From Flaccisagitta enflata (lineage: Eukaryota): a DNA stretch of 64,000 nt. This document shows positions 1-11,445 of this stretch, in pieces (position 1 is the stretch's first letter; every line of letters begins with the position of its first letter). Under the pieces are notes generated by a model, which worked only from the letters and a program-made list of their open reading frames with translations, did no database searches and had not been told where the DNA came from. Where the stretch lies: positions 32,364,001 through 32,428,000 of the forward strand of contig OZ231126.1 of the NCBI GenBank assembly GCA_965153355.1. Direction: 5' to 3'. The position numbers were made by a program, and so were the translations under genes.

Positions 1-776
1 CATTTTCGTTTTTGATTTACATCCTTTTATCGACCCACCTTTGTGCTGTGATGGAGGCCTCCAGCATTTCGGACACCAAATGGTGGCTGAGACACCAGGT
101 CTCAGTTGTGATATTCGAGCTGACAAGTCTGCTATCTCTTGAAGAAGCTCATTTGTAGTTACCTCCTCTGGGGTTGACATCTTGGAAAAAAGTCGAAGAT
201 CCTACCTCGGCTTTTACACGGACGGCGAGAGCCGCCGTTAATGTTTCTGTCTGATCGAAACGAAGATCGATACCGCCTCGCGATGATCGATGAACTTTGG
301 GAGAGACCCGCGTTGAATCCCTTTTCTTAGAAACGCCGCCGGGGCTCCTGCCCAACTGACCGAATAGCCACTTGTGGCGCGCAGATTTTACTAGACCACC
401 GTGCCTCCAAGTATGACATTGAAGTCATACGGACTGAAAGAAAGACGAAATTTCTTTGGAATTTCTTGGTTTACTCTTTAATTTTATCATTCATATAAAA
501 TTAACAATAAAATATATAAAACAACAACAAATAAAGGGCATTCTGTACGCTTAATGTTCTCTTACCTGAAAGAAAGACGAAATTTCTTTGGAATTTCTTG
601 GTTTACTGAAATTCCAAAGAAATTTTCGTTTATATATCACCCGCATTAGAAATCTGTAAAGTTTGTGGTGTATTACGTCAATTGCTAAATTAAATAGGGG
701 TCCCTCATATTCTTATAAAGGACATTCTAATAGTAGGGTGTTTCAAGTGGGTATAAGGAGTCCCATTCCATACTAT

Positions 777-1200
777 GAGCACAGCTGCTCATCTGTGAGG
801 GCATTTTTGAGCATTTTAGCTCATTTAGCTCACTAAGCTCAGTCTGTTTTTTCCGATTTCAAATATGATAAATGAATAAATATTTTCAAACTTGATTAAG
901 CAAGCAAATAAAAAAACATGTCAGTGAGCAGAGCTGCTCATCTGTGAGGGCGTTTTCAAGTATTCTAGCTCATTTAGCTCATTCAGCTTGCGCTTTTTCT
1001 CTGATTTTAAACAGGATAAATAAATTAATGTTTTGACTTAAGCATGCAAATACAAGAGAGCATGTCAGTGAGCAAAGCTGGTTGTCTGGTTGAATCATTT
1101 TGATCATTTTAGCTCATCTAGCTCATTTGGCTCAGTCCTATTTTTCTCTGATTTTCAGTGCAGTCAATACATACAATTGCTTTTGATTTGATCTAACAAA
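777..1200. repeat. About 147-bp tandem repeat, 3 diverged copies; the same family occurs inverted at about 20100-21330
   Basis: GAGCA(C/G)AGCTGCTCATCTGTGAGGGC...TTAGCTCATTTAGCTCA recurs near 777, 926 and 1070; reverse-complement copies lie near 20260, 20800 and 21305. Confidence 0.75.
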
Positions 1201-1622
1201 ATTTCAGTGACTGAAGATGGTGAAAAGTGACCAATGCGTACGACTTTTTTCCTCACGGCGACAGCCGCCATTACTGGTATTTTGTCACTCAGTCAATTTG
1301 TCAATTTAGTCGTTTAAGTCATTTATCATCATTTTATGTCTTTTGAAGTTATTTCTAGTCATCATAAGTCATTTTAAGTCAATTTGAGTCATCCTAAGTC
1401 ATTCATATCCCGTAGGCGACTTATAGGTGTTGGCCTTGTTTGTTTGGAAATAGCATTAGTTTAAATCAAAACTTTGTCTTTTTATTTTCACAATCCTCAT
1501 ATAAAAAGCAAAATAGAGCTTCTCTTTGGAAGGCTCTAGCTCCTAAACCGTTTGAGATACAGACCTGAGATTGGTCTAGATTGAAAGTTTTTTTGAAATC
1601 TTTGAAAATGTCTTAATCAAAA

Positions 1623-1819
1623 ACAAGGCCAACACCTATAAGTCACGTGCGAGACTTACAGATTGACTTAGAATGACTTAGAATGGCTTAGAATGAGTTG
1701 GTTTACCCTAAGATGACTTAAAATGACCTAAAGAAATAAGATTGATAAAAAAAAGTAAAATAGGGACCAACCAACCGACCGACCAACCGGGTGTAGAGTT
1801 GCGTGCATGCGACTAAAAA
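1623..1819 (-). mobile_element. Helentron/DINE-1-like non-autonomous element, family A
   Basis: One end ACAAGGCCAACACCTATAAGTCACGTG, other end GAGTTGCGTGCATGCGACTAAAAA; (ACCR)n microsatellite and internal 10-bp GAATGACTTA repeats. Confidence 0.7.
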
Positions 1820-1958
1820 GAATTCTGATTATTCTTTGTTTCTGTTTTATCAATGAAAAGAAAGGAGCGTCATTTTTTTTTTATATGCATCCTAATAGTG
1901 ACTTAAGCTGCTGCTAACGTTCTTACAAGATAAATATATGACAACGAAATCTCGTTAG

Positions 1959-2186
1959 GATCAACTCTTGGTACCTACTTTCCCTGCGACAAAAATTGGA
2001 AATCCTCTGTTGGAAATGGATGCGCCAAATACAGCATACTTCTTTGATGCAAGAAAGGAGGGACTAATTATGGATGGAATTGGAGATGGAGGTGGGGCAA
2101 ATTGGAAGGATGGTCTGACTCACGAGGAAGAACGGCGCGAGTTTGTTCGCAATGCGGTTGTGTGGGTGGAGTGTGGATCAATACTG
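1959..2186 (+). CDS. Candidate internal coding exon, product unknown (DQLLVPTFPATKIG...FVRNAVVWVECGSIL)
   Basis: ttag| acceptor, |gtaaga donor, 228 bp open frame in phase 0-0, GC content higher than the flanks. Confidence 0.5.
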
Positions 2187-3490
2187 GTAAGATAGAATCA
2201 CTAAATATTTGAATTGGTATGTTGATAAAGGATGTCCCAAGTCAGTTGCAACATGTAGAATCGACATATCTCTGCTTCTAGGAACTCTATTCAATTTCTC
2301 ATAAAAGATCTGAATAGATCTAGGTTTGAGATTTTTGCATAAAAAATTTAATCATAGATAGACTCTTTGCTGAGCAACCACCTATGGCTGAAGTCCATGT
2401 ATGATTTTAGATTCTAACCATGAAAAAGAATGCTCTTACATGCTCATTTTCCCTAAGGTTGCTGTACAAAGTTTTTTTTTGTGGTGATAGATATTAGAAT
2501 ATCAAATTTCTAACACAGCAAAAAATCAGAATTCAAAAAAGTTTAGTTTTGCACCTGTAGCATCAATTTTTCTAAAGAGATTGCCAAAGAAATTGGTATG
2601 AAACAAATTTGTTATTCAAATCCAATTTTGTCAAGTTTTACTAAAATTGATGTTGTAGAGATCTAAACAAACTTTTTCGAGTTCTGATTTTTTTTCAAAG
2701 TAAGAAAGTTGATAATAAAAAACTTTCTCAAAAATTTTGATCTTGCTCAAAAGAACGAGCTCACAATTGTTTTTCAAATTTGGGATCTTTACCAGAATAA
2801 ATCAGGCAATTGCTCAACAGTCAGTGGACAGAACACTATAAGTATATATATATCATACCACTGGCTTTGATCTAACATACTGCTCAAAAACAAAATATTG
2901 TATGCGACAATCAGTTGCTCAAGTTACAGCCGACTGTAACAAACTAAATGTTGCATTTGACAATGGGTTGTTAGAATTACAGCCTGCTGTAATGCTACAA
3001 TTTTATAATATTACAGCCGAGTGTTATTTAAACCACTGGTTGTTGTTTACAATATTTTATTTACTATCAGCATCTTGGATCAAAAAGCCGCACCCTATTT
3101 TGAGTTGATGTATAAGAAAAAAAAATTATTTGAAAATTTTTCTGTTAAAGTGATTTTAAAGATTTTTGAATTTTCTTTCATTCTAGACCAATCCCAGATC
3201 TGTATCTCAAACGGTTTAGGAGCTAGAGCTCTGCAAAGAAAAGCACTATTTTAGTAAAATGCATTTTTTTCATAGGGATTGCGAAACTGAAATAGGCAAC
3301 ATTTTTACTCAAACTAATGCCATTTCTAAACGAAAAAAGATAGCAATACCAGATTGGCGCCAAATGAAAGATCTTTTTAAGAGCTTTCTAATGGTCTAAG
3401 ATTTTGATTAGTTTTTTTGAAATTTAGTATGACAATTTGTCATTTAAAAGTGCGGCTTTTTTATTGAGTCGAGTAGTATTTTGTGCGCTG

Positions 3491-4349
3491 CAGGGGTGTA
3501 TATAATTGAGTCGCTCTTGATTTTCCCCCCCCCCCCGCCTTTGATTTTCTTCCCCGCGATGTGTTGCGTTGCATTTTAAAATCTATGGTTTTCTTCCCCA
3601 TAAAGCAATAAAACAGTGTAGTCAAGGTTTCAATAGAGTTAAATTGTGATTTACTAACTAGCTTTTATGATTTAGTACTGTCAAAAGTTTTATTTTCCTC
3701 AAATTTTCTTTTTTTCTCTTATCCCCCCCTTAGATTTCCTTCCCCATCTCCAGACCCTTTGACAGTCAACGGACAAAACACAATAGGTATATATATCACT
3801 CCGTTGGTTTTGATCCAACCCACTGATATTGAACAGTATGCTGTAAACAACAACTGGTTGTTGAAATTACAGCCTGCTGTTAAGTTACAAAGTTGGCAAA
3901 AATCCAACTTTCACTAATTAGAATGAGACCTGCAGATTCATAATTCTGATAAAATTCTGAGAAATTTGATATGTCACGCTTAACACTTTTTGTAATGAAT
4001 AATTTTTTTAACATTGTATCATAATCAAATTAAACATTGATAAAAATCTTTATTCTTATATAAAAGTATATGTTGTGACCTATCAAACTTCTCAGAATTT
4101 CATCAGGATTATAAATCTGCAGGTCTCATTCTATTTAGTGAAAGTTGGATTTTTGCCAACTTTGCAACTTAACAGCCGGCTGTAATTTCAACAACCAGTT
4201 GTTGTTACAGCATTCTGTTCAACATCAGAGGGTTTAATCAAAACCAACTGAGTGATATATATATCTATTGTGTTTTGTCCGCTGACTGTTGATTTCCTTT
4301 CCCTTTCCCCCCGGTGGGGGGGGGGGAAACTCCATAATATACAGGCCTG
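3491..4349. mobile_element. hAT-type MITE; other copies at 5633-5953, about 12240-12507 and about 48800-49068
   Basis: CAGGGGTGTAT…ATACAGGCCTG ends with a perfect 8-bp duplication GTGCGCTG (3483-3490 and 4350-4357). Confidence 0.8.
3763..4288. mobile_element. Palindromic CAGTCA-ended MITE with 4-bp target duplication TTGA
   Basis: About 210-bp inverted arms; TTGA on both sides; the empty site AGACCCTTTGATTTCC is visible in the sister hAT copy near 5891. Confidence 0.85.
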
Positions 4350-4441
4350 GTGCGCTGACTGTCAATTGACAAACTTGACAAAAAATCAATGCTACAGGAG
4401 TAAAAACAAACTTTTTCAATGTCTGATTTTTTAAGTAAGTA

Positions 4442-6264
4442 CAGTAGATCTCTTCTAGACTTGGAAATACGGGAGAATTCATTACAGAAAGATGAATAAA
4501 CTTTAGATATTTGGAACATTAACAAATAAAAAGATGCTTTATTGCCCATGGGTGTTGGTTGCCATGGAAACACATTTCTATGTATTCTATGTATAAAGCA
4601 TTTTGAGAAATTTTTTGAGGGAACATTGCTTAAAATAAAATTTGCTACAACTTTCCCACAGTATGTTCTTTAAGAATATCGCTCGTTTGGCAGTTGCTAG
4701 GGAGCATCACAGGGCTGTCACACATAGTTATGATCCCTAACAACGACTAAATGAGCAATTTTCTTACAGAACATATTGTGGGAAAGATGTAGCAAATTTT
4801 GTTTTAAACAATGTTCCCACAATTTTTTTTAAGAATATTGATACTTTAGCATGAATGCATGGAAATGTGTTTCCATGGCAACCAACACCCATGGGCAATA
4901 AAACATTCTTTTATTACCATATTTCTTGCATTTATTGCCCCCCTCTAATCAGCGCCCCCCCTTTTTCATGAAATGATGAGCTAATTATACCATCTTGGCC
5001 ATAAATACATGGACAGTTGGTGTATAAGTTTATATACTGTCTAGAAGTGGACAGAAAACATGTCAGAATGCATCTAATTTTTAGTATCACTGTCTTGGGT
5101 ATCCACTGTTGCCTGCACACGCTGTGGCATTGACTTGTAGAGAGATTGGAGGTACTCTGGAGTGATGATGTTCCAAACTTTTTGCACCATTACTTTCTGC
5201 CCCAATTTTGTTGTTGCTTTCTTGTGTTACTGCGGGTTTTTTGCTTCATTCCACCCATTCTCTATTGGATTGAGATCCAAACTGGTCCGAGCTAACCTGG
5301 GAAGAGCTGAACTCATCCATCTTTTATATTGGTGCGAAGCACCAGTGTGCTTTTTTCAAGAGGCTAGAAAAAATCACTCCACCGATTTTGCAAAAAAGAA
5401 AAAGTTTTTTTTGTTCTGCTCTCATTTCTAAACGAATGGAGATACAGGAACCAGCTTGGTCTCATTTGACAGATTTTTCGGAGATGCGAATTTTGAGAAA
5501 AAAAATCATCTCACTGCGACTAAAATTGAGCAAGCTATGACACTTTTAAGCTGTCCGTATATTTATGGCCAAGATGGCAACAGTGATTTTTTTTTAAAAG
5601 TCAAAGAAATTATATTGGAAATAAGATTTTTTCAGGGGTGTATGTTATTGAGTCGCTTTTGATTTTTTTTCCCCCCTGCCTTTGATTTTGTTCCCCGCGA
5701 GGCATTGCGTTGCGTTTTACTAACTATGATTTTCTTCCCCATATAGCAATAAAACAATGTAATTAAGGTTTAAATATTGTTAAATTGTGTTTTACTGACC
5801 ATGTTTTATGATTTGGCACTGTCAAAAGTTATTTTTTCCCCAAATTTCCTTTTTTCTCTTTTTTCCTCCTTCGATTTCCTACCCATCTCCAGACCCTTTG
5901 ATTTCCCCCCCCCACCGGGGGGGGGGGGGGAAACTCAATATTATACAGGCCTGATTTTTTTAGCAAAAACCATATGAGAATGAGATTCAATAAAAAAAAT
6001 ATTCTCTTTCTAGTGATTTGTTGATTTGAATTATAAGAAAATTGTCAGAAAGTGTAAATTTCATAAAATATTATTAATATATTAGTGAATAGGGGGCACT
6101 AATTGCAGGTTTAAAACAGCAATGTTTTATTTCAATTTCAAAAGCGCCCGGTGCGCTAATTGCAAGAAATATGGTAGTCTATATTCCAAATATTGGTATC
6201 TTAAGTATATTAGTCTTCTTGTAATGAATTCCCCCGTATTTCCAGGTCTAGACGACATCTACTG
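4442..6264. mobile_element. TA-flanked MITE with CAGTAG ends, containing a second TA-flanked element (4917-6174)
   Basis: TIR CAGTAGATCTCTTCTAGACTTGGAAATACGGGAGAATTCATTACA and its complement at about 6220-6264; inner TIR CCATATTTCTTGCA at 4917 and ending 6174. Confidence 0.7.
4990..5577 (-). mobile_element. Internally deleted Tc1-family transposon retaining a decayed transposase C-terminus
   Basis: 27-bp TIR CCATCTTGGCCATAAATACATGGACAG; the minus strand reads SLDLNPIENGW…ITPEYLQSLYKSMPQRVQA…TKN*, matching the Tc1 SPDLNPIE and SMPxR motifs, with an internal stop. Confidence 0.85.
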
Positions 6265-6632
6265 TAGCAAATTTGAACAACTATCTTGCTCTAGAATTCA
6301 TGAAGCTGCTCTAAAAATTGAGCTTGTGACAGTACTTTAAAGCTTTTGTCTTTTTTTTCTATCATTACTATTTTTCACCATTTCCAGAAAAAAAATTTAA
6401 TCTTAAGAGTTCAGTTGTACCCCACTCCAACGGACCCGCTTTTAACGGAATTCCGCCTATAACAGATACTAATTTTTATCCCTTAAACCTGTTTTCTTTT
6501 ATTTTCTATGTTGGCTAGAACAAAATTCCGCCTATAACAGATCAAATTTGTCGGTCCCTTGAAATCCGGGAGCGGGATTCAACTGTATGTGGTTGCTAAA
6601 CAAATGGATTGACCATCATGAAATTTCACATG

Positions 6633-6880
6633 AAAACAAGGCCGGATACACGGCAGGACAGTCGCGGACGGTTGGGCAGGAGCAGTAAAGCAAAAACCGC
6701 CTGGAATTCAAAAATGTGACAGATGGACGGACGGACGGACGGATGGACGGATGGACGGACAGATGGACGGACGGATGGATGGACCGATGGACGGACGGAC
6801 GGACGGACAGACAGACAGACGGACCTACTGACCTACCACCCAACACGGCAAGGTGTAGAGTCGTGTGTCCGCGACTAAAA
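6633..6880 (-). mobile_element. Family A Helentron/DINE-like element with (GGAC/GGAT)n; similar short copies at 7444-7608, 17258-17398, 20900-21100 and 43057-43282
   Basis: AACAAGGCCGGATACACGGC end hairpin, AGTCGCG subterminal repeat, AGTCG…CGCGACTAAAAA palindromic end. Confidence 0.75.
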
Positions 6881-7335
6881 ATTGCAGACAAAGATCTTTT
6901 TAGAACTTTTATCAGAATTTAGTTTGAGTTCTAAGAAGCAGAGATATATCGATTCTTCATGTTGCAACTGACTTGGGAAACCCTGTACTAAATATCCCAC
7001 TATTTCACTCCACGATAAACGTCTAACTTGCTATACATAATAAGTAGTAATACTTCCTATACTTGGAGGCCACAGTTTTCAGTTGGGGAAATGCGTCACT
7101 TGTTACTTTTGTAACGAAATGAAATTTTGATTTCATAAACCATTGTAAAAGATTACTATCATTTTATAACAGTGACTCAAAATTGCGTAAGTATCATTCG
7201 GAACTACTAATTTGCTGCCTTTCCCTGGACTAATTTTCTATTCAAAACATTCTCTGATATTAGATAAGAAGAAAATGATTATCTTTAACATCAACGAGTG
7301 ATGTAAGATGGAAGAAGGAGGTTGTTTTCTTTCAG

Positions 7336-7431
7336 GGGAATTCATCTAAGATCCTTTTCACTCTTAACTTAATAGAAAGAAATAAGAAAAAAAAACAAAA
7401 CAATGAAAATTCTCAACTTCATGGATGCAGG
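7336..7431 (+). CDS. Candidate small exon (GNSSKILFTLNLIERNKKKKQNNENSQLHGCR), or a 5' exon containing an ATG
   Basis: Strong ttttctttcag| acceptor and |gtaaga donor; 96 bp open in phase 0. Confidence 0.35.
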
Positions 7432-7704
7432 GTAAGACCCCTTCTTTTTAGTCGCAGAGACACGACTCTACACCTTGCCGTGTTGGTTGGTAAGTCGGTA
7501 TGTCGGTTGGTGTATCCGTCCTTCACATTTTTTAATTCCGGGTGGTTTTTCGCATTACTGCTCCTGCCCAACCGTCCGCGACTGTCTTGCCGTGTATCCG
7601 GCCTTGTTCAAAATGGGACCAGAATTTTTTAGCTGCGTGCACGCCACTCTATACCCCGCTATGTCCATCCTGGTTGGTCAGTCGGTTGGTTGGTCGATGT
7701 TCCC

Positions 7705-8352
7705 CTTTTTGGGCAGCGGCCCCAAAGGGGTCGATGACCTTTGCTTTCACACATATGGGGAATTTTCTCCTCCTCCTCCTTTTTGGGCAGCGGCCCCAAA
7801 GGGCTGATGTCCTGTGGGACACAGGGGTGAATTTCCAGACGTCTGTCCCCCCCTGAGGCCCCTCTGAGGTCCCAAATCAGCCCTTTAGGGCCCCAAATCA
7901 GCCCCCTCAGGCCCAAAATCAGACCTCTCAGGCCCAAAATCAGGCCTCTCAAGCCAAAAACTCAGCCCACTCCTAAAATCAGCCCTCCCAGGCCCAGAAT
8001 TAGCTCTCTCGGTCCCAAAATTAGCCTTCAAAGGCCCAAAATCAGCCTTCAAAGGCCCAAAATCAACCATTTCAGGCCCTAAACCAGACCTCTCACACCT
8101 AAATTCTGTTCACTTGGGTCTCAATTCAGCCCTCAAAACAACCCTCTAAGGTATCTAATCTGCTCTCATCCCTGATCTAATTTGAGCCCTAAGACCCCCC
8201 AAATCAGATCAGCCCCTAGAATGTCCTCTCAGGACGTCTGGAAATTCACCCCTGTGTCCTGCAGGACATCGGCCCTTTGCCCTGCTCCCCCTTCAGCTTT
8301 AACTCCAGGCAGGGCACGGGTACCGCTGACCACCTAACGTTTTTGCGACTAT
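7705..8352 (+). mobile_element. Non-autonomous element family B (GGGCAGCGGCCCC ends, internal 21-bp array)
   Basis: TTTTTGGGCAGCGGCCCCAAAGGG…GTCCTGT…ACACAGGGG, a 21-bp CTCAGGCCCAAAATCAGCCCT-type array, an inverted copy of the 5' block, then the CAGGGCACGGGTACCGCTGACCA tail. Confidence 0.75.
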
Positions 8353-8374
8353 TATTCTTTTGTCCATCCACTCA

Positions 8375-9165
8375 TTTCCTAAGTTATCTTAGAGTGTCCT
8401 AAGTCATTCTTAGGCATTCTAAGTCATTCTTGGTCAATCTAAGACATTCTAAGTCATTTTAGGTCATTCCAAGTCATTCTAGGTAGTTTTTTGGTCATTA
8501 GGTCATTTAGTTATTTCATGTCCTTTCTTGTCAATTTAAGTCATTTTAAGTCATTATAAGTCATTCTCAGGCATTCTAAGCCATTCTAAGTCATTCTAAG
8601 TCATTCTAAGTCATTTTAAGTCTTAAAGTCTTACACGCGACTTATTGGTGTTGGCATTGTTTTCTTTTTTAGTCCATCTGACCGTCTGACTGTCTGTCCA
8701 TTGGTTTGTAGGTCCATCAAACATTACTTTACCTTCAGTAATTTCTAGTCTTTTTTGCATAAGACATTTTTAGTCATTCTAAGCCATTCTAAGTCATTCT
8801 CAGTCATTTTAAGTCATTTTAAGTCATTTTAAGTTATTCTAAGTCATTCTCAGTCATTTTAAGTCATTCTATGTCAAATTAAGTTATATCAAGTCACCAA
8901 TCGGGTCAATTTAGTCAATTATGTCTATTTTCATTAAGTTATATTTTCATTAAGTTATATGAATTATGTCAATTTTCATTAAGTTACATTTTCATTAAGT
9001 TATATCAAGTCACCAATCGGGTCAATTTAGTCATTTATGTCAATTTTCATCATTTTTCGTCTGTTTAAGTCATTTAAAGTCTTTTCCAGTCATCTTGAGT
9101 CAAAAAATTCAATTTGAGTCATCTGAAGTCATGTTCCACATGTGACTTATTGGTGTTAGCCTTGT
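8375..9165 (+). repeat. 10-bp AAGTCATTCT arrays in two adjacent family A elements
   Basis: Tandem AAGTCATT(C/T)T units; each block ends with (C/T)GACTTATTGGTGTT(G/A)GC(A/C)TTGTT, near 8660 and 9165. Confidence 0.75.
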
Positions 9166-9644
9166 TGGTCCCGACTCTAGAACTTGCCATGTCGGTCGGT
9201 TGGTTGGTCAGTTTGTTGGTCCGTAACTAAAACAAAAAGTCAGCATTGTTTTGCTTTTCCGCTCCTGCCCACCCCTTCGCCACTGGGTGGAGTGTAAACA
9301 GCCTTGTTTAAAATTAGACAAAACCGCTCAGAAATTGATTTTTTTCTGCTAGTTTTATGTTATTACACCCTACTACTTAACAAAGCTGCAAAATCCCCAT
9401 TGTTATATGACATATTACTCAGAATTTTCCCTCAAGCACAGTGTGCATGATCTTTCCGGGGAAAATACGTTATTAGAATTTTCTATGATATTCCGATTTA
9501 ATGTTACTGCTGAAGATAAAGTATTTGCTCTTTTTTTTTTAGACTTACCGCAAAACTCAAGTAGGGCGTTTTTTTTAAATCAATTGGTACAATAAAAGCC
9601 AAGGCACTACCTACCTTTACATAGATGAAAATGGATCTTTTTAG

Positions 9645-9866
9645 GAGCAACAATTGATACACATTATGGTTGTGACAAAAATTGGATATCATTTGACGGA
9701 TATCCATGTGATGAATTTAGCAGAAAGCAATGGTGTAAGAAAGACGGAGATCATTACGGACCCAATTGGCAAAAAAGATGGGGAAAATTGGATGGATGGT
9801 CAGACTCGAAAATGAGGAATGCGCTGGTTTGCCCAGAATGTGGATGTGTGACAAAAAACAACACAA
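9645..9866 (+). CDS. Coding exon for a compact 6-Cys, Trp-rich, probably extracellular module (…GCDKNWISFDGYPCDEFSRKQWCKKDGDHYGPNWQKRWGKLDGWSDSKMRNALVCPECGC…)
   Basis: ttttag| acceptor, |gtaagc donor, 222 bp open in phase 1-1, domain-like Cys/Trp spacing. Confidence 0.75.
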
Positions 9867-10300
9867 GTAAGCCCTCATCACACATTCTCACAGAAAGTAG
9901 GCAAAATGTAGAAGTATTTAAGTCATTATCAGCAACGTTCAGTAATGCAGTTGTAAAGTTAATGAAGTTTTTAGTCTCGTGCACGCGACTCCGCAACCTG
10001 CTTTGTCCGTCCGTCAGCTGGTCTGTCGGTTTGTTGGTCTGTCGGAGATGACAGGAAAATAGGAGAATAAATCATAAAAAGTTCTATAAAAGTTGTGGTG
10101 GAGAAGATACAGTGTAATGAAACGACAGTGTTGATAGGAAAGGTAAGGAAAGGTTAAGATGAGGAAGAGAATAGGTCAGGTGATCAAGAGGGTTCATCAG
10201 TTGTCAAAGGTACAGGTGAAGACATTTGAAATAAAGGAAAAAACAAATGGTCAAAGAAGGTAGAGGCAGTGAAAGGTAGAGGTAGTGAGAGGTATGTGAC

Positions 10301-11138
10301 AATAGCAGCCCAAAGGCAGTAAGTGGTCAGCGGTACCCGTGCCCTGCTTGAGTAGAAAGTGATGAAGGTTGAGAGGGAGCAGGGCAGCGGCCCCGAAGGG
10401 GACAAAGTCCTGTAGAACACAGGGGGAATCTGTCCGTCCGTCCATCCGTTCGTCCGTCCGTCCGTCCTGTTTGCCTTCCTTCTGTCCAGGATGCCCTGTT
10501 ATTCAAATTTTCATTGAATATCAAGGAGAACTGACAAAAGGCAGAATATGGACAATGGTACCCTTGCCATTTTTGTATAGTTTGTAGGTTAAGTTGAGGC
10601 AGGAGCAGGCCAGGATCTGGGTCTCTGAGGCCAGAATCTGGGTCTCAGAGACCAATTTCTTGGTCTCAGAGGCAAGGATTTCAGTTTCTGAGGTCAGGAT
10701 TTGGTCCTCTGAGGCTAGGATTTAGGTCTTTTAGGCCAGCACCTAGGTCTTGGAGGTCAGAATCTGGGTCCCAAAGGTCAGGATCTGGGTCTCTAAGGCT
10801 TGGATGTGGGTTTTTGGAGCCAGAATCTAAGTTTAAGGGGCCAAGATGATAGAACTCAGGAAAGAATTCAGGTTTTCTAGCCAGATAAGGCCCATTTTAC
10901 CTGGTCTTAGGCCATTTTGCCTGGATTTGGCCAATTTTGGGCGGATTTGGACCATTTTGCTCGGATTTGGGCCATACAGTTTGGATTTGGGCCCCAGAGG
11001 AGACAAAGCCGAGGGTGAGGCGGGGGGGGGGGGACGGACGGACGGACGGACGGACGGACGGACGGACGGACGGACGGACAGACAGATTCCCCCTGTGTTC
11101 TACAGGACTTCGTCCCCTTCGGGGCCGCTGCCCAAAAA
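10301..11138 (-). mobile_element. Family B element, well preserved
   Basis: About 60-bp inverted repeats (10382-10443 vs 11073-11133) bordered by (GTCC)n, an internal 21-bp GAGGCCAGGATCTGGGTCTCT-type array, and an asymmetric tail at 10301-10381. Confidence 0.8.
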
Positions 11139-11146
11139 GCAAAAGG

Positions 11147-11445
11147 TGGTGAGTGGGGTAGGTAGGAGGTAGGGGTAGGTAGGAGGTAGGGTAGGAGGGT
11201 AGGCAGGAGGTGGGGGTAGGTAGGTAGGATTAGGCGGGTGGTAGGGGTATGTAGGAGGTATAGGTAAGAGGGTAGGTAGGGGTAGGTAGGTAGGGGTAGG
11301 TGAGATAGGAGTAGGTAGGTAGGAGGAGGTGGGAGGTAGGAGTAGGTAGGCAGGAGGAGGTAGGGCTGGGTTGAAGGTAGGGGTAGCAGAGTGGGGGGGA
11401 GGTAGGGGTAGGAGGGTAAGCAGAAGGTAGGGGTAGGTTGAGGGA
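11147..11445 (+). repeat. G-rich (GGTA/GGTAG)n low-complexity tract
   Basis: Read directly from the sequence. Confidence 0.85.

Larger units (their letters stand above)
2818..4361. mobile_element. CAGTCA-ended MITE with 4-bp target duplication TCAA
   Basis: Ends CAGTCAGTGGAC / GTGCGCTGACTG; TCAA at 2814-2817 and 4362-4365. Confidence 0.65.
2228..6985. mobile_element. TA-flanked Tc1/mariner-type MITE holding several nested insertions
   Basis: About 100-bp imperfect terminal inverted repeats (…TCCCAAGTCAGTTGCAACATG… from 2228 and its complement ending 6985), TA on both sides. Confidence 0.65.

Noticed and set aside
149-433. Minus-strand ORF as a defined exon
   Set aside because: GC-rich and exon-like, but all three frames from the acceptor hit stops early, so no product can be assigned
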